Source: Ophelia neglecta (Eukaryota). From it: a stretch of 64,000 nt of DNA. Position 1 is the first letter of the stretch. Each line of letters opens with the position of its first letter. The DNA is taken from positions 79,050,001 to 79,114,000 of the forward strand of contig OZ260662.1 in NCBI GenBank assembly GCA_965285935.1, in the 5' to 3' direction. The notes beneath the pieces were generated by a model. It saw only the letters and a list, made by a program, of their open reading frames with translations, was not told where the DNA came from and searched no databases. The translations under genes were made by a program, and so were the position numbers. This document shows positions 12,401 through 26,969 of the stretch, piece after piece.

Positions 12401-15400
12401 ACAGGCCTGTAATTGCCCTTTTGAGGAACATCACGCAAATGGCTGGGGATTGTGCATTCCATGTCGGATCAGTTCATATTTCCTATTCATCTCGGTGCAT
12501 CAAAGAGGATGCGGTCACGAACAAAGTTCTGTTTATGAGCTGATCTATTAATTGAGGTATAATAAATTGCTAAAGACATGAGCATCGTGCAGTTGGTCGT
12601 TGCATGCAAACGTTGATTATGTTGGCTTAAGAACACAGGCCAGGAACAGAAATTGAGGAAGCCTGAACCATTCTTATTGTGAGTTACGTCGATGCCGAAG
12701 TATGGCTCAACATTATCAACCTGCAACATCATGTCATAAACAAATGTATGCTGGAAACGACAATCAGAAAAATGACCGTTTATTGGCATTCAATTTCGAC
12801 CTTTATGTAATTAAAATGAAAGAAAATACATTCACCATTTTGTTAATGCAATATCATAGGCCTGCATGGTTTTACATTTCATCATCACTTTGTTCAATTT
12901 AGGTTTATAATACACCTCTAAGTCAGCAAAAGGCAATCTTTCAATATGTGAAACAGATGTGCTTATTAAAGAAATGATTATTGTGTCATATTTTAGATTT
13001 CTATTCATGATTTTAATACTTTTTTTTTTCAAATATGACAGTATGAAAACAAATTAATTGGATGATAACTTACCCAATGATTGTGAACAATGGTCCGAGT
13101 CCGTCTCCAGATGTGACTTCCGTTTCCGGGGACGTCCCTTCTGTACGGCGCCCACGCCGTTGTAGAACGGCACGCCGTGCGAGGGCGCGTTACCGCCATG
13201 ACTGTCCGAGAATTCGTCGCCCATGCCGTTTGGAGGCATGAATTCCCCCTGTAGTACCAGTTCGTAGTGTATTCGACAGTAGATCATATTCTCCTTCATG
13301 CCGAAATGTTCTCCCGTCGTTAACATCTTATTACAGGAGGCGCATGTGAAACAGTTGAGGTGGTAGACGAAGTCACGTGCTCGCATCACCAACTCGTGAG
13401 CAGAAATACCCATGTGGCAGCGCGCGCATCTCTTCAGAGCAAACCTTCTGGAACGGAAGCGGAAACAGTGGTCAGTGACTCATCAGGCACCGATGACAGT
13501 ATAAAGATGAAAAAAGAATGCACTGCAGAGTGAAAATAAAACTAACACGATTCTAAGCCCATTGAATTATAATTATTTTACTTTTCCGGATACAGGACAC
13601 TTCAATTGAAAACAAAAGGTTACATCGACGTTCGTTTAGCCTGTTCATATATCAATATTAGGCACCAATGCATGTGATGACTAAAGAAACACAAGACTAT
13701 CATTTCGCAGCAAGCACTTGAAGAAAACAATAGGACGAAGAGGTTGTTTCTCTGGCTACCAGAGGACCTATTAGTTATCTCAGCACGGCTATTGATTTCG
13801 GAAGGAGTCATGTTAGCAAATGTTTATCTACGACATTAATCCTGTCCCAGTCGATAAGCGTGACAACGTGCAAATCGGGACCTGTTGCCCTCATACAATG
13901 TTGGTATTGACCGGCATCTTGACGTGTTTACATGGTCCAGAAGTCAGCAACCAACAGCGGGCAAGATCCCATGCACGCTTGGTACATGATGAAGCTGGGA
14001 AGGGGATGGTGGGGATGCGGGGGGGGGGGGGGATGTATGTACTAATATAATTCTACCACATCACATGTAGGCTCAGCACCTTTATATGGAAAATTATAAG
14101 GGCCGAAAACTAGAAGTACAGTCACTTTGTGCAACATATAACTGCCCCTTGATCTCAGGAACGTCGTTTAAGGCAGACGACAATTAGCGTCACATCGGCA
14201 GGCTTCCCGCTCTTGTCGATTTCACGCGTAATGATACCGTTTAGTTAGTTCTGGGTGATTATCCACCCGATAATGAGCATGCTTTGTACGTGTCACGTGG
14301 CAAATAGTTTGTCGAGCCTATTTAATCAGGCCCGTCAATATTGGTCATGTTTTGTGCTTCGATCGCCAGCGGTGCAGGGTCAAAATTGATTTTCATTATA
14401 TACATAGGCCTAACTACAATTAAACCGTATATTATGATGTTCTGTTAATAAGTCAAAATAAACACCAAATTGAATCACCCGTGTGAATTTTAATGGAATT
14501 TTCTTTTTTTTTTAATCAAAAACCAGTTAAGACATCAAGGCCTACCATAAGTAAGTCTACTCCATATTGTTTCCAGGATTAGAACTCTAAATTTAATATT
14601 GAACTAAATTCCTCTCATGATCAGAGATTCGACTGTGGTAAACTGAAAAAAGTGCTTGGAAGCCTGAAGAGGGGTGTAATCTTGAGGACACACATATAAA
14701 TATTTTGACCGACTACCGTTCTGGTAAGAGCGCCTGCCTTGTGTAGACACTAGGACTACATCACGTTTAAGCGAGTTGTTCGCTCTGTTTACGCATCAGA
14801 AATCTATTTGGCTTTCTCACCCGCCTTAAATTTTCCGGCTAGGTAATTTTGAATTCAATCTTTTCTTCGCCATCTTGTTGCGCGCTACTTACCAAGTACT
14901 TAGAATGTAATCATTCTATGGCCGTCTTTGTCGGCCTTTGAAATGTTAGATTTCAATACAGTCTTTCAAAGCGCGCGGAGTCTTTCCGATGCGACTCCTT
15001 GTAACCAGATATGCCCGCAGGAAGTTAGCCGGTCTATTTCCAGCCCACGTCCCCGATATGCTATCCATCGCCTATCGGTTAACAGATTTTTTGCCAGCGC
15101 CACAATGGATAACATTTTGCCCCGGGGAGTGTTGTTGATGGTTGAACAATGGCCAGTCCATCTGTGTGTTAGAGAGGGGGCTATTACGCTCCCGAGTCAC
15201 CCCGACAGACAAGCTATTACATGTATGGCCTAGGGCGGGGAGCGAATTGGCGTAAATTCTTTTACATACGACCACAACGCGAGCTGATCCTCGACCTCTT
15301 GAAGAAAAAGGGAAAATGATCTTATTTTAGACCCTCTGCATGCTGTCGTATCGAGCTTGAGGGAGAGCTGAGAGCAGCTCAAAAGGGAGGGAAAAGGTTT

Positions 15401-18400
15401 ATGTGATAGGAGTACAATATCATACACCACTAACAAGCTATGATGAATACGACGGCAATCCAATTATTATTACCAACCTCAACATGCTCAAAGAAGAAGC
15501 ATCCAGCAGGATGACAACTACTCAAAAAAAACGTACAGACATAGACTCTAGTGAGGCAATGTGGGGTAGGCTACAGGCCACCATAGCTAGTAAATTAAAA
15601 TTTTAAGGTGTACGATGTAGTTTATTCCTGCACCTTATTTGGCATCCTTTGGACAATTCGAAATAATAAAATTCTTACCGAACTGTGCAAATGTACAAGT
15701 AAGACAAGAGTTCATATACAGAGTGGTTAACACAATGATACCGGAATTAATGTAAAATAAAAACTTGAAATGGTCGTCTTATAGGCCTATTTAAGATATA
15801 TTCATCCAAATCTGAAAAGACCAAATCAAATTAGATTTGACTTGTGTTTAGCATAAACCTCTCACTAACCTCTCTCGATGCAGATCCCTGGTGTGTAAGA
15901 CACGACAGAGAAAGAAAAATGAACTAGCTAGGCATCATTCTGAACTAAAGCCTAAATATATGAAATTAACATTGCAGTACCATGCAATACCGGAAGTGCG
16001 TAACTCCAGTTGAAAAAGACAGAGAAAACAATGACATGGTCAATGTTATGTTTAGATCCCATTCGATGTTCCAGAGATATATTCAACTTTACAATGTAAA
16101 AGGCACGCGTTTACTTGACTTAAAGGCCAAACCAGCAGATAAATTGGGCTAATTTGAAGAGGGAGACCTAATAGTCGACGTACAACATGCCGAGGACAGA
16201 GCTGAATCCTTCTCCATTCATATCCATTGAGATGTCGCCTGCCTTCCATGTCCCCAGTAGCCGAGCAAGCCAATTGGACGGAGCGCCATTCAGCTGTGTT
16301 ATGTACACCAGACATGTAGAAAGACAAAATAACACACATATATCAGCTAGCCAAGAGATAGGAAAGTCACCCGGCTATAAAATAACACACTCGAATATTC
16401 TTTAAACTATTTCAGCTGCAAGTTCATTTCAAAGGGCAGTAAGGGACAGAAGAAGAAGAAATAAGAAATCCCCGACTGTAGTTCGGCTAAATGATTTAAA
16501 AAAAGTTAAAAAATCTTCAGCTGGTCAGACATGTCACTGTCCGCAATATCCAAGGTGGGAGGGGGAAGCCCAGCTGTCAAATGGAGGCCTTGGCCCGGGG
16601 CGGAGGGGCGGAAAGCACCCCTACCCAGAGGGGACCCCTCACACCCCGGTGGGTGGGTGGGGTGTATGCGGACAGCTGACGCCCAGGGGCGTGGCAGCAA
16701 GAGAGAAATCGAATTTTAAACGGCAGCACATGGACATGCATAGATACGACAACCGTTTATATACCACTATCAGCTTTGACGAGTTTTCCACGCTGAAGGA
16801 TAAAAACAGCTCGATTTACCTGATATCGGATCATCAGTCTTTACCTCGAGTCCAAATATATAGATCAATTGCTTGGAAAAAGGCCTATGCGTTTAACAGA
16901 TATATGTAGAGAATCACAATACATAGGCCTACTAAGAATATAACTGAGTAAATGCAATGCTTCTTTTAGTTTACCAATAGTTTTCAAATGTACATTCATC
17001 CCGATATTAAGGAGTATAGGAGCAATGTACATCTTGGGCTTTCAGGCATCAGACAGCTGATTAATGTGAAAATTCTTTATCAATTAATTTACATTCAATT
17101 AGTTTACATAATATGCAATGTCAATGCTGGCTGGCGTTACATATAATTAGGAGCTTTCAATCATCAGCCAGTTGATTTATCTGATTAATCTTTATCATTA
17201 AATTTACATATGAAATGTCACCACTGTTGCTAGACCTATATACCTAGATAGGATTACTGAAGGGTGTGTGAATTTGACAAGTATCGTAGTGGTCTGGATA
17301 ATGAAACCCCATCGGTATTCCCACGTGAAAATGTCACCACTCCCGCCTGACTACAAATTCACGTATCAAAACCTATATTTGCTAGTTTTCAAGTGAGTTA
17401 CTTTCCCATGCTCTATGAATTTACTACAGCAGTAAGCTTCACTATTTTAGAGGGATTTAAATGCCCAAGTTTTCAATGCATATTTGGGTAGTTTGCCGAT
17501 TACAAGCGGATTATTTACTAAAATCGCTTGACATAGAATAGATATAAACAACATAACAATTGCGCTGCCTCGCCTCGCTTGGCAGTCTGGCCAGATAGAG
17601 GAATAAACAGCGTGCAATCTCGGTTTGGTCTGCCCAACAAAAGCAACCAAGAGCAAAGCTTTGAAAATATATCAAGTTAATTGGATGCATATAAACTTTA
17701 CTGAGATTAAAGTAGATTTAGGCAGTTTCCCACAGCGTTCTGTTAATCGGCCGATTTGCTGTTAAATATACCCGCCCAGTTTTATTTGTCGACTGAATGG
17801 CGGAATAACATAATGACCGGCAGTCTAGTGTACTTATTGAGCTACAAATATGTATCCATGCGCACCTTTTATGAGCGATAATTGGATAAAAGTACATAAA
17901 TCCCTCTTGACAGTTTGGATAGCTGGCTAGCTCTGGGTGGTTTAACAGCAGATGACATGTACTGCACATATGTAGGGCGAAATATGATAAAAAATGGCTC
18001 GTTTTCTATCAGACTTGTTTATAATGAAGCGAATAAAAGGCACAGAAATAGCACGAAAACTGTACAGGACGACAATTATCGGTCATTGAAAAATTGGTAC
18101 CAGGGTTTGGAACTTGCCTGTATTGTGGAACATATTGTTTGATGTCACGTTCAATTGTTAAGGACCCGTTTCAGACAGACAAAACCGTATTTTGAGGTCC
18201 TATAGCGCTGTTAACAAGACTGTTAGGAGTTCTAAAATTAAATACTATTAACTTTGATAGTCATAATGACTATTGTCCATGTAAACACATAGCACTGGGT
18301 ATCATTTCACTAGGCCCATTCTCCTCAGCGCCAAACGTTGCCTAAACCCATATTTTCCGCCATTTGCTGTGGAAAATAACAGAGTAGCCATAGCTTGGTT

Positions 18401-21400
18401 GGACCAAGTGCAATCAAACCCTTTCACCTGAATGCTGGCGAAACATTTACTGCATGGTGGGTAAAATAAAAGATTTGAACGGCCTGTTCAGAAACTGGTA
18501 CCTTAGCTCTGCAGGGTGCCTGGCCCAATCTACAATTTCATTTTGTCTGGCCAATTTCAATAGAAAAGATTACATAGCATGTTCGGTCCCATACAGGTCG
18601 CTCGTTGCATTGACAAGTCCGAAAAACTGTCAGAGGAAAGCCCCTTTTCATAGGGATTGGGACGATTTCGCTGACATTTGACAAACTGAAGACTAGAAAG
18701 AAAAAACCACAAGCAAGGGTCACATCGGATTGCTCCGTCTTAGGGCTCCTTTCCGTCTTAGAGGCCGATCTTTAACAAACTGATATCAGATATGAATTTA
18801 GCTGTTTAAATTTAAATTTATTTAAACATGTAAGTTCATTGTCGTCGGTGTAAGAAAAGAGAGTATAATAATGTCAGCACATTATTAGTTAACAATGAAA
18901 GGTTCATGCACAATCACGGGAACTTGTCAGGGGCTCGTCACCAGACGACAGGCTGGAGGAATTCTCCCGCGCCATTCTCTGCAGACGGTCTCGGGAGCAC
19001 ATGACATTAGCACGGGGTTAGCTTAATGGGCCCTAGAGACTACTAAGGTCTGTGAGGTACACACAGCGGCCATGGGAATTGTCATAAGAATTTTATGCTT
19101 AATTTACTCGCCAGTTAATATCGCCATGTGATAGAGCTTGCCCTGGTGTGCCAATGGCGGGTTATCTAAATTCGATTAGTGCCGTTAAGTGAAGAACGTT
19201 TAAAGTGGGTGCTGAGCATCAGTATCTGCGGCAAATGGTGGCCGTCTTACGAAAGCACTGATAACCCACATTTGAAGGATGGTGACTTTTGACTCAAAAG
19301 AAATAAAACTTGTTTTACAATGCGACACAGAGTCTAAAACCGGACTGGGAAACGTATTGCTCCGTCACAACAAGACCGCACAAAGAAAGATAAAAGAAAA
19401 CAGTGCAGCTTGACAAAGCTCAAGGTTATTTGTCACTACTACATCCAAATATATATCAAGTACAATTAAGGAAACGCTCATATAGATATACGTTGTGCTG
19501 AATGAATAAGTGAACATTCGTCAACAAGTCTTAGAGAAATAAATTGTTTGGGCCGATGTTTTACATTGCGTTGTATATACAGCAAAGAATTTATACTAAA
19601 CATCAAACCCATTTCTTATTTGTTTCGTTCATTGGCCAAATATCTAATTTCACAGTTAATTTTTCCTTACTAAGACAGTGTTTTATTAACTAATTGCCTT
19701 GCTGCTAAATTAAGACCGTGTGAACTATATTTCCTATAAGGAAATGAAACCTTATAAATTGAACTTCCGGTCCTAAGACGACTTGCTGGCTGCACTTCGA
19801 AGATATGTAACTTAGCAGAACGTGGGCGGGTATATTTTTGGATATGAAACTAATACAACATGACCAGAAATGGCCGTTAAACGCAATGCAAAGTTGATTT
19901 CAGTGGGTGGGTTAGTTGGGGGAAGTTGCCTATTATAGGCCCCTGGTGTACATGGTCTTAGCTCAAAACCTGGAAGACGCTGGGGTCGGAAAGGACTTGG
20001 AAGGACCTTCCACGTCAGAAGATGATTATCACAATTAAATTGATATAAGCAGTTGCGGAAACAAGAATTTTTTTTCCTTTTTTAATGAATACCGACATTC
20101 ATATATGTGCCTTTTAATGCATACAGGGCTATGTATCTGTAGGCTATATATAGGGAGAACACGAGATAACAGAGTGATATGCCTATTATAGGCTAATAGA
20201 TTTAACTTGAACATTTTGACTGTTCTTTCGAGCACGCAATCATGAATAACTGCTTCAAAAATGTAATAAAATCGAGCCTTCTGGTGCCAACAAGTTAAAT
20301 ATTTGTCAAAGTTAGTAGCACCCATGCATGTGTTCACATTCAAAGTGTGTTTCGTTGCCATTAAGAAAGACATTAAATTAGATAGATATATTCCAAGGGT
20401 GTTTCTTCGCCTTTAAGTAAAGTATATATTGTTTGTTAATACAAAGCTTTAAACAATATACGTGTTTAAGAAAACCTCACCATGTATTATGTATATATAC
20501 CGAGTTAGGCTGTTTGGAATTGACGGATTCATGCAGGGAGTCGCCGGGGGCGCTATACCTTCCTTTGTCGTGGAGGAGAATCTGGGGAACACCAGCCAGA
20601 ATGGGAAATCTGCGTCGTGGCTATTAAACAATAAAACCACTTATCACCCTCGAAAACCTATAGCGATCCTCTTCATGACAAGAGGATGCATGATTCATAT
20701 ATTGACCTTAAATGGTGCTAGTATGGTGGTGGCGTAACATAACTCACTCAGTGAATATATTAAGTATATGAACTGGGGGAAGGATTGAGGCCGAACTTGC
20801 AAAGTGTCTGACATCTTAGTGATTGCTGCAGTGTATACACTCATTTACAAAATGTACACACCTCTTCTGGTCTCCTTAAGACTCCTCCCGCCCTCCCACC
20901 ATCAGCCGCGACCCTAGCTAACATGTTTATAGGCTGGGCGCTGACAAGGTCCGACAGCCTGGATGGTAGGGCTATATAATTTACACTAAAACTGGAACAA
21001 GACCTCGGCATACATGGCCGGCGATCCTGGAGGGAACTTAAAACCTAGAAGTGCAGGGCAGCTAACAATCCATCCTTGGCATTGCATTAAGCAAGCTCGA
21101 AATTTGTCATCTAAAAGCAGAAAACCGGTGACAGACTTTGATAATTTAGGGGTCTAGCAATGGTTTACGAGACTGGTCGAGTAGTGTGTAGAATTGAGGC
21201 CAGTCGCTGTTATTTCCTCGACCACATTGGTGAGGAGCTTCCCGCGAGTGGTGGCTGCTCCAACCGCTTCCTGCGGCAGCCATTCTGCATGTTTACGACC
21301 TGTTCACTCCCGCATCTCATGCGAGCTGCCTCAATTATCAATGGTAGAGGTCTCTCTGAATGGACTCCGCCTGCCAAAGGTGAATGGAAAAAGCTCATAC

Positions 21401-24400
21401 GGCGAAAACAACCAAGTAGCGCCCATCTAATTTACAGTGTCGACCCCCATCAAAATACTGCCCTTTCCCTCATCCTACTCTTTCTACGTCTTCCGAACAA
21501 TTGGGAGGACAGACCACGGCAAAATATAAGTCGTAAACACGTACAATCTGGGAGCTAACGATGTATTGAATGGGTGGTTTTCCCTTTTTGTTCAGCTTGA
21601 GATGCAGTGGGGTCTTTATGACTTTCTCATTACCGCACGCGGCCTCCTTTCTAGCTCATGCTTCTCTTTAAGGACAAAGGGCAGACGGAGGTCCGACATA
21701 TTTTGCGGGCAGGAACGTGGTATGCTCAAACAGACATTCTCGTGGCTTCCAGGAATAAACGATAATTGTAAGACAAGGAAATACCTCGATTCCTCTGATG
21801 TCCTGCCATAGATTCGGCTTTGTATTCGCCAGTATCTAATCGCTTGGGGCTTGAAATACCGACATCTTGCCTGTGAACAGATCTGCTTCTTATCATGGTG
21901 AATTTGATCTTATTTTAATTCAGGCTCCGGGGCTTAATACTTGACCGTCTTAACCTTTAGACGCTGTAGCTTGTACCGCACAGCACAGGCCAAATCAGAT
22001 CCAGAACGATGAACATCTGACAAAACAACAAACTCTCTCAGAAATAAGGCAACTGCAAGTTTTGAGAGGAAATCTGCCACACAAGCCTCAGTAACCGTGT
22101 ATACTGTGTGCTATATGACGTGGGCCTCAACGTTTCTTACCCACGCACTGCGGGACTTAATTAATACCATTTGATAAGGCAGACGTGTGGATTGTCAACA
22201 AGGCCAGCAGATTGAAGGCTCGTCAAAGGCACTGCCGAGATCACATCTCCACTCCATAAACATACAATGAACACAATATTTATAGTTATCAAGTTGTTTA
22301 TAAATCTATTATTCATTTATTAAACATGTGCGCATATTTGATATAGGAATATACCTGTTATCCACCCCAAAAGAAAATATTTTTGGGATAGGTTTTGAAC
22401 CTAAAAAGGCTAAACCATTACAAGAAATACAGTTTCGTCCGGGACACAATTTCACACCGCGAATCCCATGGCTTTCGTGAGAGCTGGCCAAACGCAATTC
22501 AAGTACATGTATTTGACCTAGTCATATAAGCCACCCTCAAAATAAAATTTGAGTTGAAATTTAAGCATGCCTAGAATTATATTTTGAGGTGAACATTTCA
22601 GATAATATTGCTCGGTGGCGTGACAGGTGCCATAAAGCCGATCGGAGGCCAGAGGGGATACACGACCGAGGTCTGAGGGGGTAAGACGCCCCCCGGTAGC
22701 CGGACATCCTTCCCGGGCCGGGAGCCTCGTCCGCCCTGGAAGGGAGAACACCTGCTCTCCTAGCCACTCTGCCTGGGACAGAAATATAAAACATGTGTAC
22801 CGCCAACCAGTACATGAATACTGAGTACTCTATCTGACATGCCATAGAATATAGTTTGAGTTTAAACATGCAGAATAATCTATAGTTTATCTGCCTGCAT
22901 AGCTTAGACATCCTTATATAGGCCTAGGCCTACATACCTGGCTTCATGCATTTAATATAGCCTCGCTGCAAGTATAATAATAGGTATATGGTTCCGAGGA
23001 CGTGTAGGCTATATCATGAATTTCATAAATGTTAATATATAATTAAGCTATATAGTTTAGGCTATTGACCCCTACGCTATGATCAGTGAGGGGGTTTTAT
23101 CAATGGGTTTACCATATTGTCCCACTCAGTCAAGTTGTGATAAGCTGGCAGATTTCGTTAAGCTAAAGCCTAGGCCTAATGCCTATAGGCATCTAGGCAT
23201 ATGACCTGGATGTGTGTGGGATCATGTCAAAATTGTACAGAAACTCTCAGAGAAGCGTGTTTTGGGCTTTTTTTTGCGTCAAAGTGTTTACAATTAACAC
23301 TTACATAATTTTACAGTCACTGCACAAAATTAAAGGTGACTAATAACTCGGACGGGTTGGCATGGGACGTTCAAAGAATCTCTGTGTCTATGCGGCCACA
23401 GTTCTCTGTTCTGGCGTAAGAAGGGCGACACTACCCAGGTATAGCCGAGTGTTATCCTTTCACTAGGCCTACTGCATGGCTGCCTAATAGGACCTTTCCC
23501 TCGACTTACATATCACCTTTACTGAGATTTATTCTCAGATTTTATTCATGGACCCCACAACAGATTAGATCTGTGGGGCGTTCCGCGCTAAAGAAGTTGA
23601 CACGGGTCCCATTGTTCGCAGGGCGGTAATTTTCCAGGCGTCTGCTGGTGGTTTTGGCCCTGGGGCAGCACTCTGACAAGATGACGGCCCCTCAATACAA
23701 CTGTCTTAGCTGCCACCAGCTTGTGGCCGACATGTCCTTTTCTCCTAACGTCCTTTGTCGTATGTTGTCCGTCAACGGCTGATATGCGTCTTTGTTCTAC
23801 ATTATCCAGAACCCCCTACTGCCCCCTTCAAAAATAAAACCCAGCTATAGTTAGGTCCATATTCCATGAACAAAACAATCTACCTCTTCAAAAGCCGCTT
23901 CTCTTGCCGGTGATTTCAAACCAACTAAATGGCGGTTTGTTAGCTGTGCTTGTTAGCGGATGTCAAAACCGAACACAGACAACGGGATTATAAAAAAACA
24001 AGGTGGAAAGCGGGGGTAGGTCGCGTGCCCACAAACTGAACTAATGAACAGGGAACGGAGCATTTCTGAAGGTTGGCTTTCTCTACTTCCTTAATTGGAG
24101 AGTTATTGTTCTGATGAATATCGTTGCAATACGTTCCGCCTTCTTCATCTTTTGCAGTTCAATTGTCGTTTGGCAAACAATCGGACGTGACATTTCGTGA
24201 GAAGTGATTAACATTCTTGCGGTATTCGACTTGAAATTTATCCGCCAAATGAGATTAAAACATTTGTTGCGACTATTGTGACTGTCCAAGCTTTTTTTAG
24301 ACGGATCATGACATTCAAACAATTCTCTGATATCAAACACGTGCCCATTCTTGGCTATAGTTTAGTCAGGGCTATATCCTGTAAATATTTGACGACGATT

Positions 24401-26886
24401 AAATTTTGTTCACTGCCGACCCTTTCAAAATATGCGTCGTTAGTTGGTACACGGAAGAGTTGAGAATATCTTTGTTGGCCTAATTTGAGCCTTTAAAAAT
24501 GTCAAATATACTTGACGGACTAAAATCTTCAAGTGTCTATATATTACATGCAAGACTCACATACTGTAGGCTCTATTCACTAATTTACCCGGGTACACCG
24601 ATAGCTGTACACGCAATTCACATATAGTAACATATACGTATGCTTCCATGTTGTACGCGAACTGATTAAGAGACTAATTAAACCTAGCAAAACGGGACCG
24701 GACCTTTTTTCCATTTATTTAATAGTTCAAGAGCGGCAAGTGGATAATGGGACTCAGGAGGGGACTGCATCGTACCACGATCACATCATATCACGATCGC
24801 TAACATGATAATTAATTGCTGACCGCAAAAAGGTGCAATTAATTGATTGCTTGGTGCAGATCGAGTTACTTCGCGGAGCGGACATGCCAACGGGAGGCCG
24901 GTCATAGAACACGAGGACGGGCTACATGAGGCCTAGCAAGCAAGTCATGTTTGAACATCAATCATCAGTTATATTATTATCACCGAGGTTCTGTTTTACT
25001 AACAAGTCTTTCTCACAAAAGTATAGTATATATAGGCATGTGTGTGTGTGCACACACTTGCTGTATTAGGCCCTATATATAAATGGATAATTAAATTATT
25101 AATTCAGAAACATTGTGATTTGACCATTAATATGAAAATGCAGATTCTATTTACAATATAATAAGACCACTGGGATTGGGAGGTTGACGGCTTAAATGGG
25201 AACAACGCCTTAAACGATAGAAAATTATTTACAACAACGGTGAATGTGTTAAGGTTGTACCATTCTCGTAGATTTGACTTCAAGGCAAAAAAACGACAGT
25301 CGCCAGTGTGGTAAACAGCTGTCCGATTTACTGGGCGATGAAATGGTTTATCTCAAGTTTAAGACGCTGCGGAAATAAAACTTGTTTTATTATCAAAAGA
25401 TTTAGTAACGGGACGAAAGAAAAGCACTAGCTTTTATTTTCTCAGCTGCTTCTTGAAATGAAGCTTTAACAACATTCCAAATGTTGTTTTCCGGTGTTTG
25501 TATCCTGTCTTGGAATAATCTCCGATCATATATTTAACCTCATAAGACAGGCCTGGTGCGCAATAATCAGCAGAGTTCAGAATCGAGATTGTGCAGCACA
25601 TATTTTACGGTAAATATAGGACGAAAGACAAAATCGTATCGCATGGTTTGCCAAAGGTCAAAGAGCAGGGTAATCGAAGGCAGACGCCGTTGGTAGCTGG
25701 GGACCGATTGGTCAGGTCAAACGCCCACGGCCATTAGGTCAATTCCCGCGACACAGCTGGTGTAGCAGAGATTGTATCCCTCGCAAACAAGTCCCCGTCA
25801 ATAGTGTAGCATGCCTAGCGACAAAGGCCATGTTGACCGACAACATTGCTGTATTTGTTGAGGTTTGAACATCAGGAGTTGGTTTTCCCGGTTTTCTTTA
25901 TTTAGTTGGCAATAATAGCGATCTAACCACACATTAAGCTCCTTAAAGCCAATCTTTATTATCGGCGATTTTGTTTCAACTGGCTTATCATTTGTTCGGG
26001 TTGTTTGACCGATAATTAAAGCAATGTTTTAGAGGAATTCTTTTAATAAAATGGCATAGCTTGCTGACAGTAATACCCATCATTATTGGATATTTGTAGA
26101 GGGATAGAAATTTAGAAGTTTAAAGTAAGAGCAATTTCCCATAAATGAATGTAAATGAGGCACACATATGAAACTTCAACGTAAATTTATGACAATAAAA
26201 AGACCTGCTCCACCTTCCGGGTAAAAAATTATATTTCCGGTCTGTGCTCGAAATTAAATTGGACAATATACGCTGCCGAGGCCAGACGGTTAGATATATT
26301 GGAAAGAAATGAAACAAGGGGAACTTTTACCATTGCAGGTGTATGAAAGTATAGTCCTACAGCCGCGTTTTTATCGGAATCATCAGTTCCGAGAAGCTGG
26401 TTAACGAACTCATCCTGTTTATCGACAGCAGGCGATATAACGCGATATAAAGCACCGCCTTGAGTAGGTCGTGACTTAGTTTGAGCAAAACGAAATATCA
26501 CATCTCACAGGAGAGCTGGGAGGCTCCGGGAACAACAACAGCAGGGATAAATAACTAATAGGCCTTTTATAATTAATAAACATAATATCATTACAGATCC
26601 ACATTTGTCTTAATAAGCTTAAGCCCTATCATATTGATTTCTTTTCAAAAATCCTGTATAAAAATATTGTAAAGCCTTGAACAAAATCTTACTAATGAGG
26701 TTCAAATCCTGACAGGTATCTGTCTACAAGTACATTAGACCCATTGATCCTAATTAATGGACTTATTGTAAATCGTTGTGAATATTTATGGAACTGGGGA
26801 TGGAAAAATTAAGTAGAACATCTTGGTTTATCAAGCTTGATATGGCTTATGTCTTGTCGCAACTCGGAATTCATAAGACTAAAAGT

Positions 26887-26969
<83 letters not shown>

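Noticed and set aside
14722-14740. tRNA/SINE-like fragments (A-box-like TGGTAAGAGCGCCTGCC here; B-box-like GGTTCAAATCC at ~26699)
   Set aside because: Isolated half-motifs with no cloverleaf and no partner box at the right spacing.
22488-22500. Partial matches to known miRNAs (miR-219-like CCAAACGCAATTC here; also miR-71-, miR-279- and miR-1-like 10-11-mers at ~1947, ~30230 and ~31421)
   Set aside because: The matches are short, lack either the seed or the 3' part, and no precursor-length hairpin is evident.
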